From: a bacterium
GTDB lineage: Bacteria; Patescibacteriota; Minisyncoccia; Moranbacterales; UBA2206
Direction: 5' to 3'
Assembly: GCA_030654225.1 (NCBI GenBank)
Contig: JAURXY010000027.1
Location: forward strand, 1-58,980
DNA: 58,980 nt
The first letter of the stretch is position 1; the number at the start of each line of letters is the position of its first letter. The translations under genes were made by a program, and so were the position numbers. A model generated the notes under the pieces. The model was given only the letters and a program-made list of their open reading frames with translations. It was not told the origin of the DNA and ran no database searches. Shown here in pieces: positions 34,098-42,992 of the stretch.

Positions 34098-35267
34098 ATG
34101 AATACATTTAGGAAAATTTTGCGTCTTATCTTGCGGATTGTTTTTTTCTCCGCAGTTTTAATTTTGGCTTTTTGGTTGAGGACAAAATATATTTCCAATC
34201 ATACCGCCACACCTCCTTCGCAAAAAGTTCAGGAGCAAATAGTTGCCTTGGAAAATCCAAGAGCAACCGAATTTCAATGGAAATATAATGGCAAGGATTA
34301 TAAATTATCAAAAACTTTCTACGGCTCACTTTACAATTTTTATGCTAACAGCCCAAAAACATATAGCTACCAAGGAGAGCTTTCCCATGATTGGGAAAAA
34401 GATTATTATGCGATGTTTCTGCGTCATACTTCTAGCGATGATTCCATTTCTCTTTTAGCCACCGATCTCCAAAATTTAGGAGCACAAAGAAAACTCAACG
34501 CTGATCAAATCGTCGAACTCACCTTGGCTTTTGTACAATCCATTCCCTATGATCACTTGCGCGCCGAACAGATACTTTCTGGAAACGGCGTCACTAACTA
34601 TCCCTATGAAACACTTTTTGAAAACAAGGGAGTTTGTTCTGACAAAAGTTTTCTTCTTGCCAATCTCCTAACTCAAATGGGTTATGGCACCGCTCTTTTG
34701 GCCTATGACGACGAGCATCACATGGCAGTCGGAATTGGATGCCCCGCCGAATTTTCTAGCTATGATAGTGGTTATTGTTACGCCGAAACAACCTCCACTG
34801 GCTTTCGCATTGGCATGATTCCAGAAATTGATTCCAAAGAAGGCTCGGCCATTCCAATGGAAAAGAAAAATTATTCGCAAAGTAGTGAGCTGAGTCAATT
34901 TGACGCCAAGAAATTAGGCGAGCCCAAAATCATTTCAGTCTCTTCCGGCAAAACCTATGCCGGCATCGCTGATTCTTTAGCCTTAGCCAAAAAAATTGAC
35001 GCGCTCAGTCGCGAGATAAACACACTTGAAAAAAATCTCTCCGCGCAAAAAAATAATTTCTCTGCTGATGAAACAAAACTTTCCGAACTCGAAAAGAAAC
35101 TCAAAAAACTTGAGAAGAAAAAAGATTATGAAGAATATAATGATCTAGTCGAAGACTATAATGATCTACTGAAAAAATATAAAAAGAAAATCCAAACTTA
35201 CAACGAACAAATTGATGTTTATAATAAAAAAGTGGATTATTATAATTCTTTGGTGAAGGGGTTTTAG
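34098..35267 (+). CDS. membrane-anchored transglutaminase-like protein with a C-terminal coiled coil
   Basis: GVCSDKSFLLANLL...HHMAV resembles a Cys-His papain/transglutaminase core, with a long heptad-rich tail. Confidence 0.55.
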   Translation: MNTFRKILRLILRIVFFSAVLILAFWLRTKYISNHTATPPSQKVQEQIVALENPRATEFQWKYNGKDYKLSKTFYGSLYNFYANSPKTYSYQGELSHDWEKDYYAMFLRHTSSDDSISLLATDLQNLGAQRKLNADQIVELTLAFVQSIPYDHLRAEQILSGNGVTNYPYETLFENKGVCSDKSFLLANLLTQMGYGTALLAYDDEHHMAVGIGCPAEFSSYDSGYCYAETTSTGFRIGMIPEIDSKEGSAIPMEKKNYSQSSELSQFDAKKLGEPKIISVSSGKTYAGIADSLALAKKIDALSREINTLEKNLSAQKNNFSADETKLSELEKKLKKLEKKKDYEEYNDLVEDYNDLLKKYKKKIQTYNEQIDVYNKKVDYYNSLVKGF

Positions 35268-35626
35268 AAAATATCGCTGACTCGTCCGACCGCTAGTTGA
35301 TTCATCTGATTATCGCTATAATTATCAATATGAGTTGCTATACACAAAAAAGCTACATTTGAACCTTTCACTGCAAACCAAACTCTTGGGGATTGATTAG
35401 GCCTGATATTCGGAACAGAAAGTTCAATCTTCCAGATGCTCCACAAATCATTTTGTGTCACTCTATGCAATTTTGCTGGAGCAATTCTTTGTTGGGGATT
35501 AGTTGGATTAAACTGAAACTCGCACAACATCTTGAAGGCCTCAAGAGCTTTATCCAAAAAAGAAAACCGCCGCTTTAATTTGGCAGTTTCTTTTTCAAAT
35601 GAAGGATGATAAATAAATTCAAGCAT
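35264..35626 (-). CDS. putative toxin partner of the Panacea-domain antitoxin
   Basis: 8-nt overlap with the upstream DUF4065 gene. 120 aa, fold not recognisable by eye. Confidence 0.45.
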   Translation of the reverse strand: MLEFIYHPSFEKETAKLKRRFSFLDKALEAFKMLCEFQFNPTNPQQRIAPAKLHRVTQNDLWSIWKIELSVPNIRPNQSPRVWFAVKGSNVAFLCIATHIDNYSDNQMNQLAVGRVSDIF

Positions 35627-36113
35627 GATTGTTGAAATCAGTTCCTCGATAGAAAGCTAGTTCATAAAATATTTCTTCATTCAATTTTGTTCCTGAATAG
35701 GGGGCTTCGGCGTGTGTCAAATCTTCCAGTTGTTTTCCGTTCAAATTTCCATATTTTGCGATAACCCGATCAAGCATTTTCATTTCTTCCTCAGAAAAAA
35801 CAGAAATTTTAGGATCCTTTAGGCAAGTATAAACTTCAGTTGGATTATATCCATTATGTTCATTTACTGATTCAATTTTTAGTGTCTTTTCTTTTGCCAT
35901 TTCTCGAGTTATTTCATTTAGAGAAACCGGAACTGGTCCCATTGGCAATGCTTTATATTTATCACCTGTGAAATATTTTTGATTCTTTTCAAAAAAATCA
36001 AAATCAACGAAATAGAGCAATTTCGCCAGTTTTTTCTTTCCTCGCACTTCTTTGCCCAACTTAGAACAAAGATAAAGAATAGCTTGTTTATATTTTTCAG
36101 TATGTAGAGTCAT
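35619..36113 (-). CDS. Panacea (DUF4065, SocA-like) domain antitoxin candidate
   Basis: KKLAKLLYFVDFDFF......G..YKALPMGPVP is the DUF4065 signature. Confidence 0.7.
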   Translation of the reverse strand: MTLHTEKYKQAILYLCSKLGKEVRGKKKLAKLLYFVDFDFFEKNQKYFTGDKYKALPMGPVPVSLNEITREMAKEKTLKIESVNEHNGYNPTEVYTCLKDPKISVFSEEEMKMLDRVIAKYGNLNGKQLEDLTHAEAPYSGTKLNEEIFYELAFYRGTDFNNHA

Positions 36114-36284
36114 ATTTTTTATTATCTAAATAATGCCACATTATAATCATTTTCGCAACTTTTTTTCAAACCATCAGACCATATTATAATACCATTTTAA
36201 ATTATAAATAATTTCGCATTAACTTTATGGATGCGACTTTTAAGAAATATTTTTAATTCACTTATATTTTTAATTTTTGTTAAT

Positions 36285-36533
36285 TCATTTTTCTGACTCC
36301 ACTTTTTTTAAATTATAATCACATTGACATTTTTCACATGCAGAGTGATTCAATTTAATTCTAAAATAATCATTATGAAGTATTTCTCCAAACAAGAAAA
36401 ACAATGAGAATAAAATAAATTGACACCAATCTACGCATCCATCATTCTTATAAACTAATATAGCATAAACTAAATAAAATAATTTAAACGGAGAGAAAAG
36501 TTGCGCTGGTAAATCACCAAAAAAACTATTCAT
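36285..36533 (-). CDS. hypothetical membrane protein (82 aa)
   Basis: ORF track. Two TM helices and a C-terminal CEKCQC. Confidence 0.4.
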   Translation of the reverse strand: MNSFFGDLPAQLFSPFKLFYLVYAILVYKNDGCVDWCQFILFSLFFLFGEILHNDYFRIKLNHSACEKCQCDYNLKKVESEK

Positions 36534-36550
36534 TTTCTATAATTTAATAA

Positions 36551-37354
36551 TTAATTTTCTGGGATATAAAGATCGCCCTGTTCTTTCAAGAGTTGCACTA
36601 GTTTTTCATCGGAAAGAATATTGCCTCTCTCATTATTTACTTTTTTAGTTTCATCATTTCCTTCTTGCATTCCCTCAAAAAACATTTTATTTGCTTCAAT
36701 CAAGGAAACTTCGAATTCCTTAGCTACTATTCCCATAACTTCATCTTCCGTTTTTTGTCTTAAGTTGGCATCACTGCTTTCGAGAGATTTTTGATATTTG
36801 GCAGTTTCTCCCAATCCCATAAATCTTAAATAAATTTTTCTTGCTTTTGTAAAATTGGCCGTATCTAGTTTTGGATTTTGATAACCTAGCTCCGGAGTAT
36901 ATTTTATAGCAGTTCCATTTAATGCTTTCATGTCCTCGTTAATAACTGACCATTGAGGATTATTTAAGCTTTCACCCACATTGCTTCTATAAATAACAAC
37001 GAATCTTTCTCCATCTTTTACAACAACCCATCTGCCATCTGAATCTATATATCCGCTTTGTTTCTGAAGCTTAAACACATCATATAATTTTGTACCTAAC
37101 TTAATTTCAAATTTTGAATTTCCCTCATTGATAGTCTTTTGAATTTTATACGCTTGGACCAAAGACAAAGCGCCTAATCTTCCTTCTTTATATTTTATTT
37201 CCTCTGTTTTTTCGTCATTTTTAATAGTATTTATTTCTTTATCAGAACTGCTAAAAATTACTACAATCGTTATAATAAACAGCACGAGAATAGCAAATCC
37301 GTATCCTATATTTTTAATGTCATTTTTACTTTTTTGATTTGTTGCATTTTCCAT
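36551..37354 (-). CDS. hypothetical membrane-anchored protein (267 aa)
   Basis: ORF track. N-terminal TM anchor. Confidence 0.55.
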   Translation of the reverse strand: MENATNQKSKNDIKNIGYGFAILVLFIITIVVIFSSSDKEINTIKNDEKTEEIKYKEGRLGALSLVQAYKIQKTINEGNSKFEIKLGTKLYDVFKLQKQSGYIDSDGRWVVVKDGERFVVIYRSNVGESLNNPQWSVINEDMKALNGTAIKYTPELGYQNPKLDTANFTKARKIYLRFMGLGETAKYQKSLESSDANLRQKTEDEVMGIVAKEFEVSLIEANKMFFEGMQEGNDETKKVNNERGNILSDEKLVQLLKEQGDLYIPEN

Positions 37355-37555
37355 TTTTTTATTATTAAAAATTATTCAATTAACCAACTTTTCCCCAGAT
37401 CCCTTTTTATTACCTCCATGCTACACCAAAAAATAAAAATAACAAAATCCTATCCTGCCACAAAAAATACTACCTAATTTCCTAAAGCTTCGCTTTAGGA
37501 AGAAAAATAAATTATTATAATTCTCTAATAAAAAGTTTCTAAGATAAATAATTTA

Positions 37556-38122
37556 TTATTTCTTAGGCTTTTTCAAAATCGAAAGACCCTTGGCGCTATA
37601 CACACATCCAGGTTTGGGGTATTCATCTGGATCAGGACAACAATCTTCATCCATATGGGAATGTTTTTTAGTTTTACTTTTGCTTGGATTATCACTTGGA
37701 TGCTTGCAAGATATTTTTGCAACGACCGGACGAGGCAAAGGCGCTTTTGGCATCGGTGCTTTTGGTGTCGGCACTTTTACTTCCGGTGGAAGTTCTTCAA
37801 TTATAATTTCAGGGAATGGATCAGGGAGTTTTTTTTCTTCCATTTTTCCGAATATTTTTTCTGCTTCTCCTTTTGGACTATAACTCAATAATATTTTTTC
37901 TTTTGTTAGCGCTTTATTTTTATCTACTTTCTTATCGCTTCCGAAAGATGATTTAGTTATATCAAAATTCAAAATCCAATTCACTAGAAGCATTATCAAA
38001 AATAGTATCACAACACTTCTAGTTGTCGGATCGTACCATCTTTTTTTCCGTTGCTGTTTATATTTATGCATATACTCTATAAAAAAATATTTCAACTTAC
38101 AAAAAACAGCCCCCTCGCTCAT
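37556..38122 (-). CDS. hypothetical membrane-anchored Pro/Lys-rich protein
   Basis: ORF track. TM helix, a PKAPMPKAPLPRP repeat and a Cys-containing tail. Confidence 0.5.
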   Translation of the reverse strand: MSEGAVFCKLKYFFIEYMHKYKQQRKKRWYDPTTRSVVILFLIMLLVNWILNFDITKSSFGSDKKVDKNKALTKEKILLSYSPKGEAEKIFGKMEEKKLPDPFPEIIIEELPPEVKVPTPKAPMPKAPLPRPVVAKISCKHPSDNPSKSKTKKHSHMDEDCCPDPDEYPKPGCVYSAKGLSILKKPKK

Positions 38123-38142
38123 TTTGGACTGTTTTTTTTATT

Positions 38143-38217
38143 TTGGAGCGGGTAGGGGGAGTCGAACCCCCGTCCTCAGCTTGGAAGGCTGATATAATAG
38201 CCGTTATACGACACCCG
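38143..38217 (-). tRNA. tRNA-Gly (anticodon UCC), CCA encoded
   Basis: Hand fold: acceptor GCGGGTG/TACCCGC, anticodon stem TCAGC/GCTGA with loop CTTCCAA, T arm GGGGG-TTCGACT-CCCCC. Confidence 0.85.
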
Positions 38218-38320
38218 CCTGCCTGATTTGCCTACTTTATTATTTATCCTCAACTGATTGAGTTTGATAGATTTTATTCTTAGTTGGGGCTATTTAATAA
38301 AATAAGCAAATCTGGCAGGC
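38217..38320. repeat. long imperfect hairpin repeat A (abuts the tRNA-Gly 5' end)
   Basis: CCTGCCTGATTTGCC...TCAACTG / ...CTTAGTTGGGG...GCAAATCTGGCAGG, about 38 paired positions. Confidence 0.75.
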
Positions 38321-38340
38321 ACGCCCTGTTGTCTCATTGC

Positions 38341-38474
38341 AAGTTTGGCAGGCACGCCCATCATTTTCTACTATCTTACTATATATCCTCAACTGTTTGG
38401 GTTAGCTAATCCTAATTCTTAGTTGGGAAAAAATATAACAAAATAAGAAAGTTTGGCAGGCACGCCCATCATTT
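38341..38474. repeat. hairpin repeat B flanked by a 26-nt perfect direct repeat
   Basis: AGTTTGGCAGGCACGCCCATCATTTT at 38341-38366 and 38449-38474. The inner segment belongs to the same subfamily as copy D. Confidence 0.75.
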
Positions 38475-38729
38475 TTTATTTCTATGATAATTTTTCAAAA
38501 CTTTTTCTAAATATCCTCGACCCCAGCCACTTTTCAAATATCTTTCTCTTAAAATAGCATCCTCTTTATCTAAAAAAATTTCACAATATACCAATTTCCA
38601 CGGTCTGTGCTTTTTAGTCGATTCATTCATCCCCGCATTATGTTCTTTCAACCTATTGTTTATATTGGAAGTAAAACCCTTATATAAATCACTATTCTTT
38701 TGACTTTCTATCACATAGACATAAAACAT
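38469..38729 (-). CDS. GIY-YIG nuclease family protein (small, single-domain)
   Basis: FYVYVIES....LYKGFTSNI..RL.EHN motif. Confidence 0.8.
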   Translation of the reverse strand: MFYVYVIESQKNSDLYKGFTSNINNRLKEHNAGMNESTKKHRPWKLVYCEIFLDKEDAILRERYLKSGWGRGYLEKVLKNYHRNKK

Positions 38730-38749
38730 TTTTTTGTTTTTGTAATTCT

Positions 38750-38823
38750 TGGTCGGAGTGCTGGGAATCGAACCCAGTCAATATGGTCCCAAACCATACG
38801 TACTACCGGTATACGACACTCCG
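38750..38823 (-). tRNA. tRNA-Pro (anticodon UGG), CCA encoded
   Basis: Hand fold: acceptor CGGAGTG/CACTCCG, anticodon stem TATGG/CCATA with loop TTTGGGA, T arm CTGGG-TTCGATT-CCCAG. Confidence 0.85.
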
Positions 38824-38925
38824 CCTGCCTGATTTGCCCGCTTTATTATTTTTTCTCAACTATTTAGGTCAGATAAACTTATTTCTTAGTTGGGGCTATC
38901 TAACAAAATAAGCAAATCTGGCAGG
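38824..38925. repeat. hairpin repeat C (abuts the tRNA-Pro 5' end)
   Basis: Same arms as copy A (CCTGCCTGATTTGCC ... GCAAATCTGGCAGG). Confidence 0.75.
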
Positions 38926-38978
38926 TAAATCAATATTCCTATCTTACAGTCAAACAAAATCTTCGTCAACTCAAGGAT

Positions 38979-39116
38979 AGCAAAATCCCGTTTACCCGCC
39001 TGATTTTTCTATCTTATCATAACGCCCCAACTGTTTAAATTCGCTGATTTGAATTCTTAGTTGGGGAAAAATATAACAAAATAAGAAAATCTGGCGGGCA
39101 GGCACGGGATTTCGCT
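38979..39116. repeat. hairpin repeat D (just downstream of the HU gene)
   Basis: AGCAAAATCCCGTTTACCCGCCTGATTTTTC...CCCCAACTG / CTTAGTTGGGG...AAAATCTGGCGGGCAGGCACGGGATTTCGCT. Confidence 0.7.
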
Positions 39117-39133
39117 GCTATCTTCCGTAAAAT

Positions 39134-39418
39134 CTATTTTATCGCTTCTTTTAATGCTTTTCCAGCTGTAAACTTTGGAATAGACATTGCAGGAATTTGA
39201 ATCTTAGCTTTTGTTTGAGGATTGATGCCCGCTCTTTCGGCTCGCTTCGAAACTCGAAAAGTTCCAAAACCCGTAAGTGTCACTTTTTCATCATTGCGCA
39301 AAGCCTTAGTCACTACTTCTTCAAAAGTCTCTAGCACTGTTGCAATATCCTTCTTAGACAATTCAGTCTTTTCTGAAATTGCAGATATAAGTGCGTCTTT
39401 ATTCATATTATTTGCCAT
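39134..39418 (-). CDS. hup: DNA-binding protein HU
   Basis: GFGTF.V..R..R.G.NP.T...I.IPA...P.F..GK.LK motif, with AGGAGGTGGATT before the ATG. Confidence 0.95.
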   Translation of the reverse strand: MANNMNKDALISAISEKTELSKKDIATVLETFEEVVTKALRNDEKVTLTGFGTFRVSKRAERAGINPQTKAKIQIPAMSIPKFTAGKALKEAIK

Positions 39419-39465
39419 AATCCACCTCCTGTTCTAGTTTTAAATTTAAATTAATTCTGCTTTTT

Positions 39466-40998
39466 TTATCTAGCAAATTCCGTCACTCGCAATTCGCGAA
39501 TAACATTCACTTTTATTTCCCCTGGATATTTCAATTCTTTTTCAATTTTGTCTGCAATCGCTCGCGACAATTTGATTGAGCCAAGATCATCAATTTTGTC
39601 AGGTTTCACAAAAACTCGAATTTCCCGACCAGCTTGAATAGCATATGTTTTTTCCACTTCTGGAAAAGACATGGCCACCGCTTCCAATTCTTCTAATCGT
39701 TTCAAATAATTTTCCAAGGAATCTTTTCTGGCTCCAGGACGACTGGCGGAAATCGCATCAGCCGCTGCTATAATCATCGATTCTGGAGTTTCAAATGGAT
39801 AATCCTCATGATGAGATTTCATCGCATCGATAACATCTTTGCCCACATGAAATTTTTCCAAAATCTTTATTCCGATTTCAACGTGCGTGCCTTGAACTTC
39901 ATGATCCACTGCCTTGCCAATATCATGCAAAAGTCCCGCCTTCTTAGCTAGTGCCGCATCGGCTCCAAGCTCGTGAGCTAACGCACCAGAAAGATGCGCT
40001 ACTTCGATTGAATGAAGCATGGCATTTTGCCCAAAACTAGTTCGATAACGCAAGCGTCCGATAATATGAATCAGTTTTGGATCCAAGCCAACTACTCCTA
40101 CATCATAAACTGCTGCTTCACCGGCTTCTTTGATTTTGTTATTCACTTCATTTTTAGCAAACTCAACCGCATCTTCAATTTTGGTCGGATGAATTCGGCC
40201 GTCTCCAATTAGTTTGTCCAAAGCAATTTTGGCAATCTCTCTTCTGATTGGATCAAAACCAGAAATCACAATCGCTTCTGGTGTATCATCTACAATAATT
40301 TCAATGCCCGTTAATCGTTCCAGTGCTTTTATATTTCGTCCTTCTCTACCGATAATTCTACCCTTTACTTCATCAGATGGAATGCTCACAGTAGAAGTTG
40401 TGGCTTCTGCTGAATGTGAACCAGCATATCTTTGAATAGCTTGTGTCATAATGTCCTTGGCTTTTTTGTCCAATTCTTCTCGACCATTATTTTCCATGTC
40501 TTTGAGTTTTTTGCCAAAATATTCTCGGTTTTCTTCCTCGGTAAGTTGGAGTAATATTTTTTTGGCTTGTTCTTTTGGAAGTTCAGCTATTTTTTCCAAT
40601 CTTTTTAGTTCTTGCTTTTTCACTTCATCAACTTCTTTTCGAATTTGTCTGATTTCTTCAGCTTTTTTTTCTAAGCTTACTCGCCCACGCTCAATTTCCT
40701 CCATTTTTGTGTCGAGGATTCCTTCTCTTTTTTCCAGCCTTTCTTCAGAGCGAATTATTTGATTCTCTCTTTCTTGCTCCTTTTTCTTAGCTTCCTCAAG
40801 AATGTTAACCGCCTTGTTTTTTGCTTCAAGAACAATTTCTTGAGATTTTTTTTCTGCTTCTTCTAGAAGATTACTTGCCTTTCCCTCGGCTGTGTGAAGT
40901 TGCTTTTTTGCAATAGTTTGCCTAGCGTAGTAGCCCGCGATTGAACCAACTACCAAACTCAAAACACCAACAATGAGAACTGTTAGACCTAATTCCAT
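39466..40998 (-). CDS. rny: ribonuclease Y
   Basis: N-terminal TM, coiled coil, KH (GRIIGREGRNI) and HD (LLHDIGKA) domains. Confidence 0.95.
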   Translation of the reverse strand: MELGLTVLIVGVLSLVVGSIAGYYARQTIAKKQLHTAEGKASNLLEEAEKKSQEIVLEAKNKAVNILEEAKKKEQERENQIIRSEERLEKREGILDTKMEEIERGRVSLEKKAEEIRQIRKEVDEVKKQELKRLEKIAELPKEQAKKILLQLTEEENREYFGKKLKDMENNGREELDKKAKDIMTQAIQRYAGSHSAEATTSTVSIPSDEVKGRIIGREGRNIKALERLTGIEIIVDDTPEAIVISGFDPIRREIAKIALDKLIGDGRIHPTKIEDAVEFAKNEVNNKIKEAGEAAVYDVGVVGLDPKLIHIIGRLRYRTSFGQNAMLHSIEVAHLSGALAHELGADAALAKKAGLLHDIGKAVDHEVQGTHVEIGIKILEKFHVGKDVIDAMKSHHEDYPFETPESMIIAAADAISASRPGARKDSLENYLKRLEELEAVAMSFPEVEKTYAIQAGREIRVFVKPDKIDDLGSIKLSRAIADKIEKELKYPGEIKVNVIRELRVTEFAR

Positions 40999-41208
40999 AT
41001 TTTTTTTCTTTATTCAATTGATAAATCATACGGTTTTTTTCAAAATATTACCTAAAAATGCCATATTTATGCTTCTTTTATCAAGAGAAACGAGATAATT
41101 AAAACAAATTAAAAATGTATTGCTACAGATAAATCTTACTTGAAAGAAGCTTTTTTGTCAAAGACCTCGACAAGTGCTATTATTATTAAGTAAAAATAAA
41201 AATTATTT

Positions 41209-42795
41209 ATGCCAAACAAAAAAACTGATACTTCGAGACCAAAGCCTGTCATGCTTATTGTTCTTGATGGCTGGGGAATAGGCGAAGAGAATCGTGGCAA
41301 TGCCATTTCCAACGCTGACCTTCCCACTTTCAAAAAATTAGACGAGTATTATCCAAAAATTGCCCTTCAGGCGTCCGGAATTTCGGTTGGTTTGCCGTGG
41401 GGAGAACCAGGCAATTCCGAAGTTGGCCATATGACCCTTGGTGCAGGAAAAGTAATCTACCAGAATATGCCCCGCATTACTATGGCCATTAATGATGGCG
41501 AATTTTTCAAAAACCCTGCTCTTTTGGAAGCTATTGAAAAATCTAGGAAAAATAAATCAGCTATCCATCTTATGGGACTACTTGGACGTGGTTCGGTTCA
41601 TTCTACACTGGATCATATTTATGCCCTTCTTGAAATGATGCGTGATCAAAAAGTTGAAAAACTTTTTTTGCATGTTTTCACTGATGGACGAGACAGCGCG
41701 CCCAACTCCGGCATTGAAGCCATCAAGGAATTGGAACAAAGATTAGAAAAATATGGCGTGGGAAAAATTGCCACTGTCTCAGGACGATATTTCGCTATGG
41801 ACAGAAACAATAATTGGGATCGAGTGGAAAAAGCCTACAAAGCGATGGTGAGGAGTGAAGGGGAAAAAATTGAAAACATTGAAAAATATTTGACTGCTTC
41901 ATATAAAAAGGAAATTTATGATGAATATATTGAGCCCGCCGTTGTCACAAAAAATGGCGAGCCAGTGGGACCAATACAAGATGGCGACTCAATAATTTTT
42001 TTCAACTACCGCGAAGATCGCGCCCGACAAATCACCAAGGCTTTTACTCTTCCAGGTTTTTCCAAGTTTAAAGTAGAAAAATTCAAGAATCTTTTTTTCG
42101 CCACCATGACTCAATATGAAGAAAGTATTCCGGTTGCCGTAGCTTTTCCACCAATCAAAATTGACATGTGTCTAGGGAAAGTTCTGGGTGAAAAAAAACT
42201 TAGCCAACTGCGAATTGCAGAAACAGAAAAATTTGCTCATGTCACCTATTTTTTCAACGGTGGCAATGAAGAACCCTTTCTCAAGGAAGATCATATTATC
42301 GTTCCTTCCAAGGATGTTTCCAGCTTTGACAAAGCGCCTGAAATGAGTGCTTCGGAAATAACCGAAAAAGTTTTGCAGAATATTGAACGGGACAAATATG
42401 ATTTTATCCTTTTGAATTTTGCCAATGCTGATATCGTCGGCCACACCGGTAATGAAAAAGCTGCGGAAAAAGCAGTGGCGACAATTGATAAATGTTTGGA
42501 AAAAATAATTAAGGCGGTGATTTCCAAGGGAGGTCAAATTCTCATCACCGCTGATCATGGTAATGTGGAGGAAATGTTTGACATTCACACTGGAGAAAAA
42601 GATACCGAGCACAGCGCCAACCCAGTGCCACTTTGGTATATCACCCCTGACAATTTTCGCGATGCCCCGAAAGAAAAAGTCACCTCAGAAATCTCCGGCA
42701 TCCTGAGCGACGTCGCCCCAACAATCCTCGACATCATGAAAATCGAAAAACCCCCTGCTATGACAGGAGAAAGTTTGTTGGAATTTTTGAAATAA
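41209..42795 (+). CDS. gpmI: 2,3-bisphosphoglycerate-independent phosphoglycerate mutase
   Basis: VLDGWG, SEVGH..LGAG, FTDGRD, and NFANADIVGHTG...ADHGN. Confidence 0.95.
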   Translation: MPNKKTDTSRPKPVMLIVLDGWGIGEENRGNAISNADLPTFKKLDEYYPKIALQASGISVGLPWGEPGNSEVGHMTLGAGKVIYQNMPRITMAINDGEFFKNPALLEAIEKSRKNKSAIHLMGLLGRGSVHSTLDHIYALLEMMRDQKVEKLFLHVFTDGRDSAPNSGIEAIKELEQRLEKYGVGKIATVSGRYFAMDRNNNWDRVEKAYKAMVRSEGEKIENIEKYLTASYKKEIYDEYIEPAVVTKNGEPVGPIQDGDSIIFFNYREDRARQITKAFTLPGFSKFKVEKFKNLFFATMTQYEESIPVAVAFPPIKIDMCLGKVLGEKKLSQLRIAETEKFAHVTYFFNGGNEEPFLKEDHIIVPSKDVSSFDKAPEMSASEITEKVLQNIERDKYDFILLNFANADIVGHTGNEKAAEKAVATIDKCLEKIIKAVISKGGQILITADHGNVEEMFDIHTGEKDTEHSANPVPLWYITPDNFRDAPKEKVTSEISGILSDVAPTILDIMKIEKPPAMTGESLLEFLK

Positions 42796-42992
42796 AAAAA
42801 TAATCTATCTTAATCAAAAAAACGCTTCCGATTTTCGAAAGCGTTTTTTGTATTTTTATTGTCGCAATTCATAAATTTTTATGATTTATAACATTACGCA
42901 ATAACCACACGAATTTTCTACCCAACTACAAAATCCTTGCTCTTTTTTTATACTATGGTATAATAATCTTGTAATAATTAATCTTAAAATTT

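Noticed and set aside
38217-39116. Hairpin repeats as additional tRNA genes, tRNA introns or a CRISPR-like array
   Set aside because: They have no cloverleaf, T-loop or anticodon architecture. They lie outside the mature tRNA boundaries. The copies differ in length, and only two subfamilies exist.
41136-41333. 65-aa minus-strand ORF overlapping the gpmI start; also 44259-44552, 30880-31104 and 32865-33068 on the plus strand
   Set aside because: These overlap well-supported genes or terminators on the opposite strand, and they have no RBS or recognisable motif.
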